Positions 12,202 to 23,187 are shown, numbered from the stretch's first letter. The stretch: DNA of 64,000 nucleotides from Caecitellus pseudoparvulus (GCA_965644315.1 CBFFRQ010000019.1:186001-250000), one strand, 5' to 3'. Numbers and translations: made by a program. Notes: generated from the sequence alone by a model not told the origin.

Positions 12202-13138
12202 ATGGCCATGTCTTCCCTGACTCGTGGCCTCGGCCGTTTCACAACTATGGGCATGACCATGTCTACCTTCGCCAAAACAGCGGGTGCCTTGCCCAGGGCG
12301 GCGGTGAGAAGCATGTGCAGCACCAAGCATAGCACATCGGGTGATGGAGAGGAGAAAGGCTTCAACCCTGAAACACCGCAACAGCGAATGGTGTGGCTGC
12401 TGAGCCTTGGGGGAGTGGGAGCTGCAACTGTGTACTTCCTGTACCGTGTCTGGCGAGATTACTACACCGACGAGGGGCAAGCTGCGAGTGCCGAAGGGGT
12501 GCTTTCAACACCCCTCTTCGAAGGCAATCCTGTAGTCTTCTTAGACGTCGCTGCAGATGGAGAGCAGCTGGGGCGCATGGTGTTCCAGCTTCGAAAGGAT
12601 CTAGGTATGGCATTCCGCGGGCGCGTGCCTCCCCCACTACCTCCACATTGCCGCGCTGCTCCCACTCGCCTCAGTTCCTAACACGGCAGAGAACTTCAGG
12701 CAGCTGTTCACGGGGGAATGTGGCAGGTCATACAAAGGCAGCGACTTCCACTCCATCCTGCAGGCGAACTACGTAGTGGGTGGCAACGTCCCCGGCCCTG
12801 CTGGTGACAGGCACGAAGCTGCAGCGGGCGGGTACATCCCCGACGAGAGCTTCGCTTTGCAGCACACGGGCCCTGGCATTCTCTCCTCTGCATCGCAAAT
12901 GAGAGGCGAGAACGGGTCCCTCTTTTTCATCACGCTTGCCAAGGCACCCAACCTGAATGGCCGCTACGTCGCCTTTGGCAACATGCTTGACGGCATGGAC
13001 ACCCTTCGTGCAGTTGGCCGGCTAGGGGACACTGTGGGCCGACCCGCCGCCAAGGTCACCATCACAGACTGCGGCGAACTACGCATGCCCCCGGGATTGG
13101 AGGACACGGTGCCTCCTCAGCGACAGGAACGTCAATAG
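12202..13138 (+). CDS. Cyclophilin-fold protein with a mitochondrial-type presequence and one TM helix; catalytic residues degenerate; 2 exons
   Basis: NPVVFLDV..DGEQLGRMVFQLRKDL|VPNTAENFRQL...HTGPGILS..NGSLFFIT..VAFGNMLDG..KVTITDCGEL. Intron at ~12605-12675. Confidence 0.88.
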
Positions 13139-13189
13139 CTCTGCACTGGGAATGCATTTGGCTGTGCCTGCAGCGCCCACCGCCCAGCC

Positions 13190-15472
13190 TCATGCGTCTC
13201 CGTACCCTGTCTCAGGAGCATCCCAAGCCGCCAACTCTCGCGCCTCCCGTGCACTCCGTGCAGTTCCAGCACCAGACCTGTCAGCGCCGCCCCCCTCTTC
13301 CAGGGGGTCTGGCGGCAGCACTCGGCGCATGTCAGCGACACCGCGGTAAAAGGCGTGGCTGGGCGGCTCCCCAGCCAGATCAGGCCAAAAGCTGGGCCAG
13401 GCCTTGTGTGGAGCCCACCAGCCCAAGAGGTCCCGAGATGCGAGGGGGTCATGCGGCAGGCCGTCCACTGGGCCACCGTCGTCAAATGCTGCAGCCAGCA
13501 TGCCAAGCCGCTCCTGGCAGGCTTCCGCGCTGGCAGCATCGGCAACCAGGCAAGCCTCGCCCGGCGCAAAGGTGAGAGTTGTCAGGGTGTGGCTGGGTGT
13601 GGGCTGCAGAGTGCTGTGAGGCGGTGGGGGTGGGAGTGAGGGTGCTGTGCAGTGAGGCGGTGGGGGTGGCTGCAGCAGGGCCAGAGTCCTGTGCAGAGTC
13701 TGCACGTCCAGAGCTTCGTGCAATGGCTGGTCTTGTGTCGGGGGTGTGGGCAGCCTGGGCAGGGCATGCACGGGCCCGGCGTCGCCTTCATCCATGCCTG
13801 GAAGCAGGGCTTCGTCGGTCAAGCTCACACTTTGCGTTTGCAGTACAGGGTCTGATGCTGGGGTGGCGCGAGGCGGCATGGCAGCGCCCTGCGTCAATGC
13901 AGTCAGAATGCGCTGCCGGCGCTCGTTCCACACTTGTGCAAAGTTGCGAGAAATGCAGTTCAGCCCAAAGTCAGAGGCAAAGGCAGCTGTCATGGACACC
14001 GGCACCGCGATCCCCGCCTCGCGAGCAGCTGCCAAAGTGGCAGTGTCCACTCTGCTGTCACCCGCAAATGCCTCTGCAGCTGCCTTGCGCATGCGCCTGT
14101 GCGCTGTGCGAATTGAGTGTGACGGCGGCAGCACAGCAGCGCCGTACGTCGCTGCGGCATCGAAGGCCACGGCTGTACTGGCTGCTGCAGAGGCCTGTCC
14201 CATGGCAAGCTGCCGACGCATGAGGCGCAGCAACTGCCCCGCCCGCTTGGCAGCTGCTCTGCTCCGCACCACGCTATCCCGCGAATCTGGCAAGGTGACG
14301 TGTGCTTGCATCAGCGCGTGCAGGGTGTGTGCAGTGGGGGACGGCATGTGGCTGGGCCGTGTGCTGGGCATAGCTGGCCCTGGGGAGCTCTGTGCTGTCT
14401 CTGCAACAGGCTTGGCGGTGCGGCTGCTCCTTTCACGGCCAGGCGCCGCTGGCGTGCTGGGCATGCCTGCCTCTGCAGCCAACAGCGCTTGAGCGGTGCC
14501 CACCAGTCCCAGCCGTGCATCACGCCCGCCCTGCTCACCCAGCACTGTCACCAAGCACTCCCCTGCCGGGAACTCTGCCATCCACGCGGATGTGGCATGG
14601 GGCAACTGGCGCCCCAACCATGCAGCCGTCGCAGCGATGGCTCCCGCCGTCTCCTCCTCGTCCCCCTCTGGTACCAGGACCAAGACGTGGTCTGATGGGG
14701 GCAGAGGGGCACTGCGCCCTCGTCGCCGGGGCCGGGTGGGCACTGGGTTGCTGGTCAGAGACAGCGCGCCGTGCACTGCCACGGCAGCTGCGATGTGCTG
14801 AGCCCACCGCACATCACTCGCCAGGGACGCTATGGCGGTGTGCATGTGGCATGGAGTATCCTGCGCCACACTGGCTGCTGCCAGGAGTAATCTGCGCAGC
14901 TCTGGCGTTTGCCTGCTGCGCAGCAAGTAGGAGGCAAATGCCCAGTGAGGCAGGCCAGCAGCCAGCACTGCTGGGTGGGGCACACTCGTGGAGGCGTGCA
15001 GGACTGCAGTGAGCAGGGCATCGAAGATCACCCCTTGCTGACCTTGCACCCGGTGCACCACGCCTGATGGTCCGCGTGGTGCCTGGGTCAGTGGTGCCTT
15101 GTGCTGGAAGGCTGGCCCGGCCAGCAAGCGAGTCAAGTCACTGCCTTGAATGGTGCAGTCCTGCACTGTCGCGGGAGCAGGCTTGGTCATGAAGCCATCC
15201 TTGACAGACATGTCCCCACTGTCGCCACCTCTCTGTCTGTGCTTGTGGATGACGTTGGCAACGAAGGGAGGCTGGTCGCTGGCACTTGGCCGGCCGCCAG
15301 GATGGCCCGGCAAGGCCCACAGCGCTTCATCCGGTGGCAGCGATGGGAGTACCAGGGCTGCTGGACGGCAGTGGCGAATGAGATCCACCACCCCCGAGCA
15401 TGCCTGTCGCCCAGTAAGCTGTGTGCCGGCGACTGTGAGCCGGGCCGCTGGGTTCAGAACTCGGCCAGCCAT
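13190..15472 (-). CDS. Hypothetical protein, possibly with a divergent TraB/TIKI-like domain
   Basis: Long uninterrupted ORF (760 aa from the first ATG) with Ala-rich composition like neighbouring genes. The N-terminal LTVAGTQLTGRQACSGVVDLIRHCRPAALVL resembles the TraB start motif. Confidence 0.6.
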   Translation of the reverse strand: MAGRVLNPAARLTVAGTQLTGRQACSGVVDLIRHCRPAALVLPSLPPDEALWALPGHPGGRPSASDQPPFVANVIHKHRQRGGDSGDMSVKDGFMTKPAPATVQDCTIQGSDLTRLLAGPAFQHKAPLTQAPRGPSGVVHRVQGQQGVIFDALLTAVLHASTSVPHPAVLAAGLPHWAFASYLLRSRQTPELRRLLLAAASVAQDTPCHMHTAIASLASDVRWAQHIAAAVAVHGALSLTSNPVPTRPRRRGRSAPLPPSDHVLVLVPEGDEEETAGAIAATAAWLGRQLPHATSAWMAEFPAGECLVTVLGEQGGRDARLGLVGTAQALLAAEAGMPSTPAAPGRERSSRTAKPVAETAQSSPGPAMPSTRPSHMPSPTAHTLHALMQAHVTLPDSRDSVVRSRAAAKRAGQLLRLMRRQLAMGQASAAASTAVAFDAAATYGAAVLPPSHSIRTAHRRMRKAAAEAFAGDSRVDTATLAAAREAGIAVPVSMTAAFASDFGLNCISRNFAQVWNERRQRILTALTQGAAMPPRATPASDPVLQTQSVSLTDEALLPGMDEGDAGPVHALPRLPTPPTQDQPLHEALDVQTLHRTLALLQPPPPPHCTAPSLPPPPPHSTLQPTPSHTLTTLTFAPGEACLVADAASAEACQERLGMLAAAFDDGGPVDGLPHDPLASRDLLGWWAPHKAWPSFWPDLAGEPPSHAFYRGVADMRRVLPPDPLEEGGGADRSGAGTARSAREARELAAWDAPETGYGDA

Positions 15473-16162
15473 GTGGAACTGGCGCAATCCTGCAGAACAA
15501 ACGATCCCTCCAGGTAATTGCTCGCGGATACCGTGCGATTATACAGCCCTGGTAGCTGTGTGTGCTTTGATTTGCCAATGGGGGCGCCCTGTGCGAGGCG
15601 TGGCCTGCTGTGTGGATTGGCTCTGTGTAGCAATTACCGCAGCAGCCACGGCACAAGTCCTCGGCACGTCACAGGGAGCAAGCACAGGACACGCTGTGTG
15701 GTTCGGGTGTCAGCCTTCTGCTTGCTCTGTTCTGTGTGTCCTTGTGGTGGCAATATTGTCATTTGGTCCCGGAATGGGCAGGAAAGTGAGGATCACTGAG
15801 GATGAGAAAGCCACAAGATAATGGCAAGTACGTTCAGCTTACGAAAAAAGTAGAAAATTTGCTACCGAAATCCCTTTCACCCTATCCACCCCACTCTTGA
15901 CGACTCACAGTTGCTCACGAACACAAGACACTGAAGATTGTCTGAATGGACCGAGTCTGATCAGCCCAGCTACCCAGAATTCACCCGCACGGTCAGCTCG
16001 TGTGGTGGCAACAATTTCTCACGCTTGGCAGACAGTGACATTGCCAGGCTTCAGCCAAACCTGTCTTGTGCCGAAGGGACCCTGCAAATCACGTGCTGCT
16101 ACGAATCAGCGTGTGGCGGTGTGCCTTTGCGCCTGTGGCAGCCCAAGAGGCCACCCTGTGGC

Positions 16163-18603
16163 ATGCAATCACCACTGGCGGCGCCAGGCCGCAGCACGCC
16201 CCGCACTGCAGGCACCTTCGCCAACGCCAGCTCGCCCAGGCGAACACCAACGAAACTGGGCCGCCTGACACTGAAGCGGACGACATCACTGGGATCACCC
16301 ACTTCGTTTGGGCACCCAAGCGTGCGGCCGTTGCAAGGGCGCCCCAGCAGTCCCCAGCGCAGCCAGTCGCTGCGACGCTTGCAGCCAGCACCAGTTGAGG
16401 CAGTGCCAGCCTCCGAAGCTGGGAGTGCTCGTGCACAGTTGCGAAGGGCTGCAGTGGTGCTGCGGGAAGCAACAAAAACGTACGTCGTCAAGGCAGACTT
16501 CAAGGCTGTGTTGCCTCAGGAGCTGTCTGTGCGAGCAGGAGACCGAGTGAGGGTGGCAGGTGAGAGTGGCAGCTTCCATGCCACACCTTACAACATGTTG
16601 CCGCAGCGCCCCCACACTCCCTCGCAGTGGTCGACCCCGATGCCCATGCCTCTGGCTGGGTCATGGTGTATGCGACAAGCGAGCCTGACCGGACGTTGTT
16701 GACGGCCAAGTGTGAGGCGCTGATGGGCGTGCTGGCCAGCGTGGAGGAGGAAGATGTGGAGGCCAGCGCTGAAGCTGGGGAGGAGTTGCAGGACATCCCG
16801 CTCGTGGACAGTGTGGGGGAGGCGTGGGGTGTGGGGGGGGGCTTGGAAGGCCTCTTCGCGCGTGTGGCTGAGCACGCCGGCGACACGCCTCACCGGGTGG
16901 GGTATGTGCCCATCTCGTACCTGGAGCGAGACCCAGCGACAGGCCCAGAGTTGCTGCGTGGACTCGTGGCGGCACTGGGGACAGATGTTGACAGTGCCAG
17001 TGTATCGTCACCGGCATCTCCACAGCGTGGGGGCGCTGCGACTGCCGACGGCATTCAGCTTGCGGCCCTGCGCACTGGGGAGTTCATGGACATGTTCAAG
17101 CAGCCAGGGCGAGGTCCAGCGGGGCAGCAGTACACTGCATTCCTCTCACATGCGACCGGCGACGTCGTGCTGGCTGGCAAGTATGACGTCACCCACATGG
17201 GCAAGGATGGCCGCGTGCTGTGGCGCCGACCCACGGCCCTCTTAACGTCAGCGGGCCGGGGGGGCGAGCAGCCCCCCACCACCCCCAAGTCAACGACTTC
17301 TGCTCGAGGTGAGTCCATCGTGCTGAGCCTGAGCCCGGCACCAAGAAGGCAGGGGCCAGGCGGCGCCCACGTGCCAAGCAGCGCTCCCTCGCCGCCTGCC
17401 TCGTCCGGTCTGCGCATCGTGCGGTCAAAGGTGGTGGCCGTGCCCAAGCACGCGTCAGGCAGCGCGGGTGTGGGGGCCGGCTTGACGTGAGGCGCGTGAG
17501 GAAGCGAAGCGGCGAAGCCGCCCGCTCCAGCACGCTACACGCCCCTCGCCACGCTTTGTGCCACAGGTCGGAGGTCTCTCGTGAAGCGGCTGCTTGTGCG
17601 GGAGAGGGCCGTGCCAGTGTCACCCCCCACAGTGCCCATGTCAAGCCTGAGCACGTCAGGTAGTGTCGGAGCGCCTGCGAGACAGAGCCCCCACACCTTG
17701 CACAGGCAGCAATGGCAGCAGGGCCCCTTGCTGCTGCGCCCTTCACCGTTGCTGGGGGATGACTGCAGCGGACTGGGGCACGGTGGGGCTTGGGCAGCTG
17801 AACAGATGTGTGCCAGCTCTATGGCTGAGAGTGATCGACGGCAGTGGGTGTCGGAGTGGCACAGGGAAGCCGCGCTTCAGGCCCAGAGCGCTGCCGCCAG
17901 AGAGACCAAGGACAGCGCAAGCGAGGCGGGCGAGGCTGGACACCGTGCACCCGAGGTGGGTGAGGCTGGGCACAGTGCAAGCGAGGCGGGCGAGGCTGGG
18001 CACAGTGCACCCGAGGTGGGCGAGGCTGGACACAGTGCACCTGGCACGGGCGAGGCTGGGCACAGTGCGCCAGATGCGGATGAGACTGAGATGGAGGCAG
18101 TTGTGCGGTCTGTGTCGGGGACGCCGCTTGTGGACAGCGACGGGCAGGCTGCAGGCAGCGATGTGGAGCGTGTCTCGGCCCAGTCCGAGCCCAGGCGTGA
18201 GTGGAGCGGGGCGGAATCCGGGAGCAGTCTCCTGGACGCCCCGGACGCGTATGCAGAGCACGTAAGCGGAGTGCTGGCTACCATGCGAGAGCGCTTGCGA
18301 GGTAGTGAGGAGGTGGATGTGGGCGCCAGCGACCTGTCTCTTGCTGCGGAGGGCGTGTTCCCAGCGACGCCAGTGCGGACGCCGTCGAGGCCTGCACCAT
18401 CAGGGGTGGATGTGGAGGCGTTCTTGGCGTGGTCGAGGGGGCAAAGCAGTCGGGGCGGCTTGGATGTGGGGCGAGTGCGGGCTGCAGTGTCGGAGGGACT
18501 CGCAGCCAGCAAGGAAGCTGAGGCGCGATCTGGCAGACTGCTGGGTGGACTGTGGAGCTCCTACAGTGCAGGATTTGTAGGTAGGGCACCAACGACCAGT
18601 TAG
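16163..18603 (+). CDS. SH3-domain protein with a long low-complexity C-terminus; ~3 exons
   Basis: YVVKADFKAVLPQELSVRAGDRVRVA|VVDPDAHASGWVMVY ... RVGYVPISYLE contains the SH3 elements. Introns at ~16560-16627 and ~17468-17566 join the three ORFs in frame. Confidence 0.75.
17914..18072 (+). repeat. Coding 30-bp minisatellite, 5 full units plus a partial one (peptide SA[S/P]E[A/V]GEAGH)
   Basis: Units such as agtgcaagcgaggcgggcgaggctgggcac and agtgcacccgaggtgggcgaggctggacac are directly visible. Confidence 0.95.
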
Positions 18604-18921
18604 AGTGCCTCTAGGAGCATTGATTTGGCCAGAAGAGGAGCCAGCTGCGTGGCAGATGAAGAGATCTCAAAGCGACAAGCCTTGCGCTTCACTTGACTCG
18701 GCAAATATCACTAACCAATGCAACGCGCAGAAAACACGTGGAGAAATAAGCTGAGGTTTTGTGGGAATGATGTATTGAAACAGTGAATAGGCTCTGGGGC
18801 CGTGCCGTGCGCTTTGCGCTTGATTCCATCGCCTGTTTTTCTTACTGGTTGCGTTTCATCTGCGTTGCGCCAGTCCTAGCAAACGAGACAAGATCAAGGG
18901 GAGGCGGCTTTGGCTGCCTTA

Positions 18922-19260
18922 ATGATGGCTTCCACAACTCCCCTCCCAGTAGAAGCGCCCGCAGTTTCTCCGTCAGAGCAGGGCTCTATCTCCAAGCCGC
19001 AGAGCAAGCTATGGTCACGCGCTGAGGTGTTGCGAGAAGTGCAGGATGGAGAGCGGCTGCTCATCATTTTGCACAACGCAGTGTACGACGTTAGCGAGTG
19101 GACGTCCCAGCATCCTGGGGGTGACGAGGTCATTCTTGAGTACGTTGGCAAGGATGCAACTTCCGAGTTTGAGGCACTGGGGCACTCGAAAGGTGCACGT
19201 GAGATGCTGAAGAGTCTTTGCGTGGGTGGCTTGGTAGAAGAGGATGTGCTGGAGGTTTGA
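18922..19260 (+). CDS. Cytochrome b5 heme-binding protein without a C-terminal membrane anchor
   Basis: LIILHNAVYDVSEWTSQHPGGDEVILEYVGKDATSEFEALGHSKGAREML has both axial His motifs (HPGG, GHS). Confidence 0.93.
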   Translation: MMASTTPLPVEAPAVSPSEQGSISKPQSKLWSRAEVLREVQDGERLLIILHNAVYDVSEWTSQHPGGDEVILEYVGKDATSEFEALGHSKGAREMLKSLCVGGLVEEDVLEV

Positions 19261-19314
19261 ATGTACGCTGCACGAAATTGAGTGCATTGAGCATGACCAA
19301 ATCCTTGGACTCCC

Positions 19315-20433
19315 TTACTCTGCCTCAGCAGAGCCGAAGTAGTAGGCAGCGCCGGCACAGACAGCGCCGAGGGCATCGTGGCACTTCTCCAGGTTGCAGT
19401 TGCTCTTGTTGGCGTAGGCAATGTAGACGTATCTGTGTGGGTGCAATGCAGTGAGCAGTGCAGGTGGAGCAGGCGGGCTGGGCTGGATCAGCAGGTACGC
19501 ACGTCTGCTTGTCCTCAGCCACCAGCAGCTGGTGCTCGCCAGAGTTCAGCATGAACACTTTGTTGAAGATGACAGTGCGGTCCTCACCGTCCACTTCAGT
19601 GGTGAAGGTGCGCAGCTCCTCGACGTCGCGAGCAGCGCCTGCCATGACAGCGCGGGTCAGCGTGTACTTCTGGCCGGACACGTAAACGCCCTGGTTGTTG
19701 GGGCGGCGAGCACCGGTTGCGACGAGGGCCTGCAGGTTGGCCAGCTCATCAATGGTCTCGTCCTTCTCGGTGCCATCGTCTTGCATGATGGGGGCAGAGT
19801 AGGCGGCATCGCTCCCGTAGACCTGTGCAGGCGCCTCAATGTGAACGTGCACCAGGTGTCGAAGAAGGTACGTAGAGAAGCCAGGTGTGAGTGCGTGGCG
19901 CACTCGCACCTAGCACCACACGAGCACATGCGAGATATGTACGTACGGTAGCATAGCATGCATCAGCGGGTGTGTGGCCGTAGTATCCCTGGGCGGACGA
20001 GATGGGGCGAGTGGCGTGTCGACGAGCGTGAGGGGGGAGAAGGCAGGCTGGGGCACACAGCGGAGGGCCCAGAGCGCGGCAAAGGCCCACTCACCCAAGA
20101 GCCAGAGTCAGTGGCATACCTGGGGGTGGAGATGGGAGCGTTGGCGACGGGCGGTGCAGCGGGAGGTGGTGGTGCAAGTTGAGCACTGACAGACAGGCTG
20201 ACACGCCTTGGCAGGGCACTCACAGGCCTTCGCACACGTAGACGTCGGCGCCGTCCTTGTTCTTGTTGGTCTGAGCAGGGAAAAGAGGATTCTTGCATCA
20301 ATGTGCCGGGGTGCAGCCTGGGCGCAGCCCGGTGTCCAGGTGTCGGCGCCCGATTCTGGGTGCAAGGAGGTGCAGTACACTTGCTCACCTTCAGCTGCGT
20401 GGCAGCCTCGAGGTAGGGAGTCCACTCAGACAT
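19315..20433 (-). CDS. Profilin (alveolate/apicomplexan-type, with beta-hairpin arm); 6 exons
   Basis: Spliced product: MSEWTPYLEAATQLK|TNKNKDGADVYVCEGL|YATDSGSW|GYYGHTPADACYAT|VYGSDAAYSAPIMQDDGTEKDETIDELANL..GVYVSGQKY..DKQT|YVYIAYANKS..GAAYYFGSAEAE. All five introns are GT-AG. Confidence 0.8.
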
Positions 20434-20808
20434 GGTGAAAGGTGTGTTTGAGACGCTATGCTTCCGCTCTAAGGCAGTCAGGGTCGTACTGACACGTGAG
20501 GCTTCTTGTATCGGTGGTATGTTTTGAGGTATGGGGCAAATGGTCGAGGTTCCGCTGGCTGCAGGGGCACTGCGGCGCCCATTCCGCCGGCGAGTCAAAA
20601 AGTGCCTTCCACGAATTGCAGTACAGGCATCCAGTGGCACGCTAGAGTGTCCGTGTCTTGTGACTTGTTGCGGGTGCGACTCCTCCTCCCACGCAAGGTT
20701 AACAGGGCCTGGTCCTTGGCAGTGGGTGTTGAGTGAGGATCTGCAGGCAGTGTCGCAGGCGAGGCAGGCTGCAGACGAAGCTGAGCGCCACCTCTTCTGG
20801 ACGCAACG

Positions 20809-22003
20809 ATGGCCGCATCCAGAGTTGTTGGCACGCATGTGCGCTTGGATGGAACTTACCCTGTACGAACGCTGGGCGCCTGCTGCGTGTTGGAGTTTCA
20901 GCCACGTTTCACACTGCGTTCCGGTGCAGATCTACGGCGAGGACTCCTTCGCGGGGCTGGGGTTCCTTGAGGCCCTGAAGGAGCGCCTGCAAGTGAACAT
21001 AATCAAGGAGGATGAGGACAGCATCGAGTTTGACCTGGTGGGCGTGGAGGCGCCTCTGGCCAACGCTTTGCGGCGCATCTTGCTGGCTGAGGTGAGCAGG
21101 CTGTCGCCACTGCACTCGTGGGGCTCCAGCGTGCACTACAGACTGTGTGCGTCTTGCTCGCAGGTGCCGTCTGTGGCGATCGAGTCCGTGTTTGTGCACG
21201 ACAACACCAGTATCATCCAGGACGAGGTCCTGTCGCACCGGCTTGGGCTCGTGCCGCTGAACATCGACCCGCGGCTGCTGGAGTTCCCCTCCCCCACGCC
21301 TGGCAACACCACAACCGCCAACACGGTGGTCTTCACCATGGATGTCACTGGAGAGAAGCCCACTGCCCCTACGGATGGGAGCGAGCCTCACCGCTTCCAC
21401 CACGTGTATAGCTCCAGCATCCAGTACCACCCACAGGCTACAGGCCCTGAGTGGCCCACGACGCCAGGGCCTGTGCACCCCGACATCCTCCTGGCGAAGC
21501 TGCAGCCAGGGCAACGCATCTGCTTGGAGTTGCACGCCTGCAAGGGTGTCGGCAAGGACCATGCCAAGTTTTCACCCGTTGCCACTGCATCCTACCGCCT
21601 GCTGCCAGCTGTGCGCCTGCTGCGCCCGGTGTACGACGACGACGCCACAGAGCTGGCAGCACGCAGCAAGGTGTTCGACGCAGTGCCATGCACGGACGGC
21701 AGTGGGCACCGCCTGCAAGCAGTCGTGGCGCGGCCTCGCCTGTGCAACATGTCCCGCGAGCTGCTGCGAGATGCCAAGTTCAGCGACGCAGTGCACATCA
21801 GCCGCGTGAACGACCACTTTATTTTTTCAGTGGAGACCACAGGCGCCCTGCCTGCTCGTGTGATTGTGCAAGAAGCGTTCAAGGTGCTGGCGGCCAAGTG
21901 TGAGGCGGCATCCACGGCTCTGCAAGCGTGGGTGTCTGGGGAGGCTGCCGCACCTGCTTCGACAGATGAACCGGCCGCTGAAGCCAGTGACGTTGAGGCT
22001 TGA
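20809..22003 (+). CDS. RPAC1: RNA polymerase I/III subunit AC40; 3 exons
   Basis: IEFDLVGVEAPLANALRRILLAE|VPSVAIE, NTSIIQDEVLSHRLGLVPL, ILLAKLQPGQ, KGVGKDHAKFSPVATASYRLLP and HFIFSVETTG. Confidence 0.95.
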
Positions 22004-22145
22004 GGAGTAATGCACGTTGTTGCGAAGCCGTTTGCATTGCTGCCCACCGCTGCGCCCAACCCCACTTGGCACTTGCATGTGCTCAAACTAGTGCCAACCC
22101 CGACGCCACCGGGTGCCCGGCAGCTGAACTGTTGGTGCACCGCGC

Positions 22146-22800
22146 TTACTTGGCGGAGGCACGGGTGTAGATGCGTGCGTTGCGGGTGTGGACGACAGCC
22201 TTGATCAGGCCCTTGCTCTCCAGCTCATCGATGGCAATGCGGGCCAGAGATCCGGTGATCTTGAGGCGCTCGGAGACGGTGGCGATGGAGATCAGCTTCA
22301 TCTTGGGGATCTCCTTCTCGACCTTGTCGTGAGGGCAGTCCTTGCTGAAGACGACGTGGTTGTTGAGCTTGTCGCGGTTCTTCTCCTTGGACCACTTCTT
22401 CTTCTTGCCCTTGCCACCAGCGGCGGCGGCGCGTGCCTTGGCCTCCTTGGACTTGATCTGCACCTTGGCCTGCGCAGGGAGGAGGGAGTCCGACACGTGT
22501 AGGTGGGCCCCTCCGGACAGTAAACTCGACGCTGGTAGGGGGCTTATCACGCTTCCCACGCTGGCAGGGGGTGGTGCCGACACATGGCGCAGGCTCGCTC
22601 TGTCAGCGGAAATTGACAGCACCCTCAAGGAGTGCCTTGCTCATTCCCGCACGCCAGAGCTCCCCGTGACACTGCAGCACCAATGAAACATGCTACACGA
22701 TAAGGGCCGGGCCAGCCAGGTCCAAAGTTCTGGTTCAAGACACACCCAACGAACCAGCCCTACTGCGCGTGAATATCGGCATGCTGAGAGCACGTACCAT
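22146..22800 (-). CDS. RPS25: 40S ribosomal protein S25 (eS25); ATG-only first coding exon and a 328-nt intron (22470-22797)
   Basis: M|[37 protein letters not shown]...[31 protein letters not shown]. Confidence 0.95.
22598..22650 (-). ncRNA. Candidate intronic H/ACA-type guide hairpin in the RPS25 intron
   Basis: 8-bp lower stem gcgggaat/atttccgc, internal loop gagcaa/gtca, upper stem ggcactc/gggtgct, and ACA 14 nt below the upper stem. No target identified. Confidence 0.3.
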
Positions 22801-23187
22801 TGTGACTTTGCTGTCGCAGATTAGCTGCTAGGCAAACACAACAATCCAGCAAATGATTGCTGGTCGTTCCTTGAGTGACTGTGGTGTTGCTCGCAATGAA
22901 AGTGAGCGCGAGGAGGCCACGTTGGGATGCTCTTCAGCTGGGCCATGGAAGATGTTGTACACGAATGATGCAATTATGAGTTTTAGCATCCACACTCCCG
23001 TGCTGCCCCCTTTCGCCACCTCCCAGAAGGGTCGAGCCAGGACGCCTACCGAAGTGCGCCAGTCCGCGGCAAAACACCACACACTCTCCACATCACCGAA
23101 ACTGCAAGTCAAACGGCTGGCGTCTGGGCGCGCTATCCGGTTGTTGGCGTGGTGCTACATATCGCGGAATTTGGTTGCGCCTGCATC

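Noticed and set aside
17914-18072. 30-bp repeats as a CRISPR array
   Set aside because: The units are contiguous without unique spacers, in frame within a eukaryotic CDS, and there are no cas genes.
19823-19947. TAG|GT inside profilin intron 4 as a recursive splice site
   Set aside because: It is not needed for the reading frame, and AGGT occurs often by chance.
20531-20808. ORF-track N-terminal extensions of RPAC1 (also KNTC1 from 25671, PX-NTase from 42162, RAD5 from 59857, NAP1 from 5354)
   Set aside because: These are read-through of UTR/promoter or stop-free introns. Homology-consistent starts and GT-AG introns give better models.
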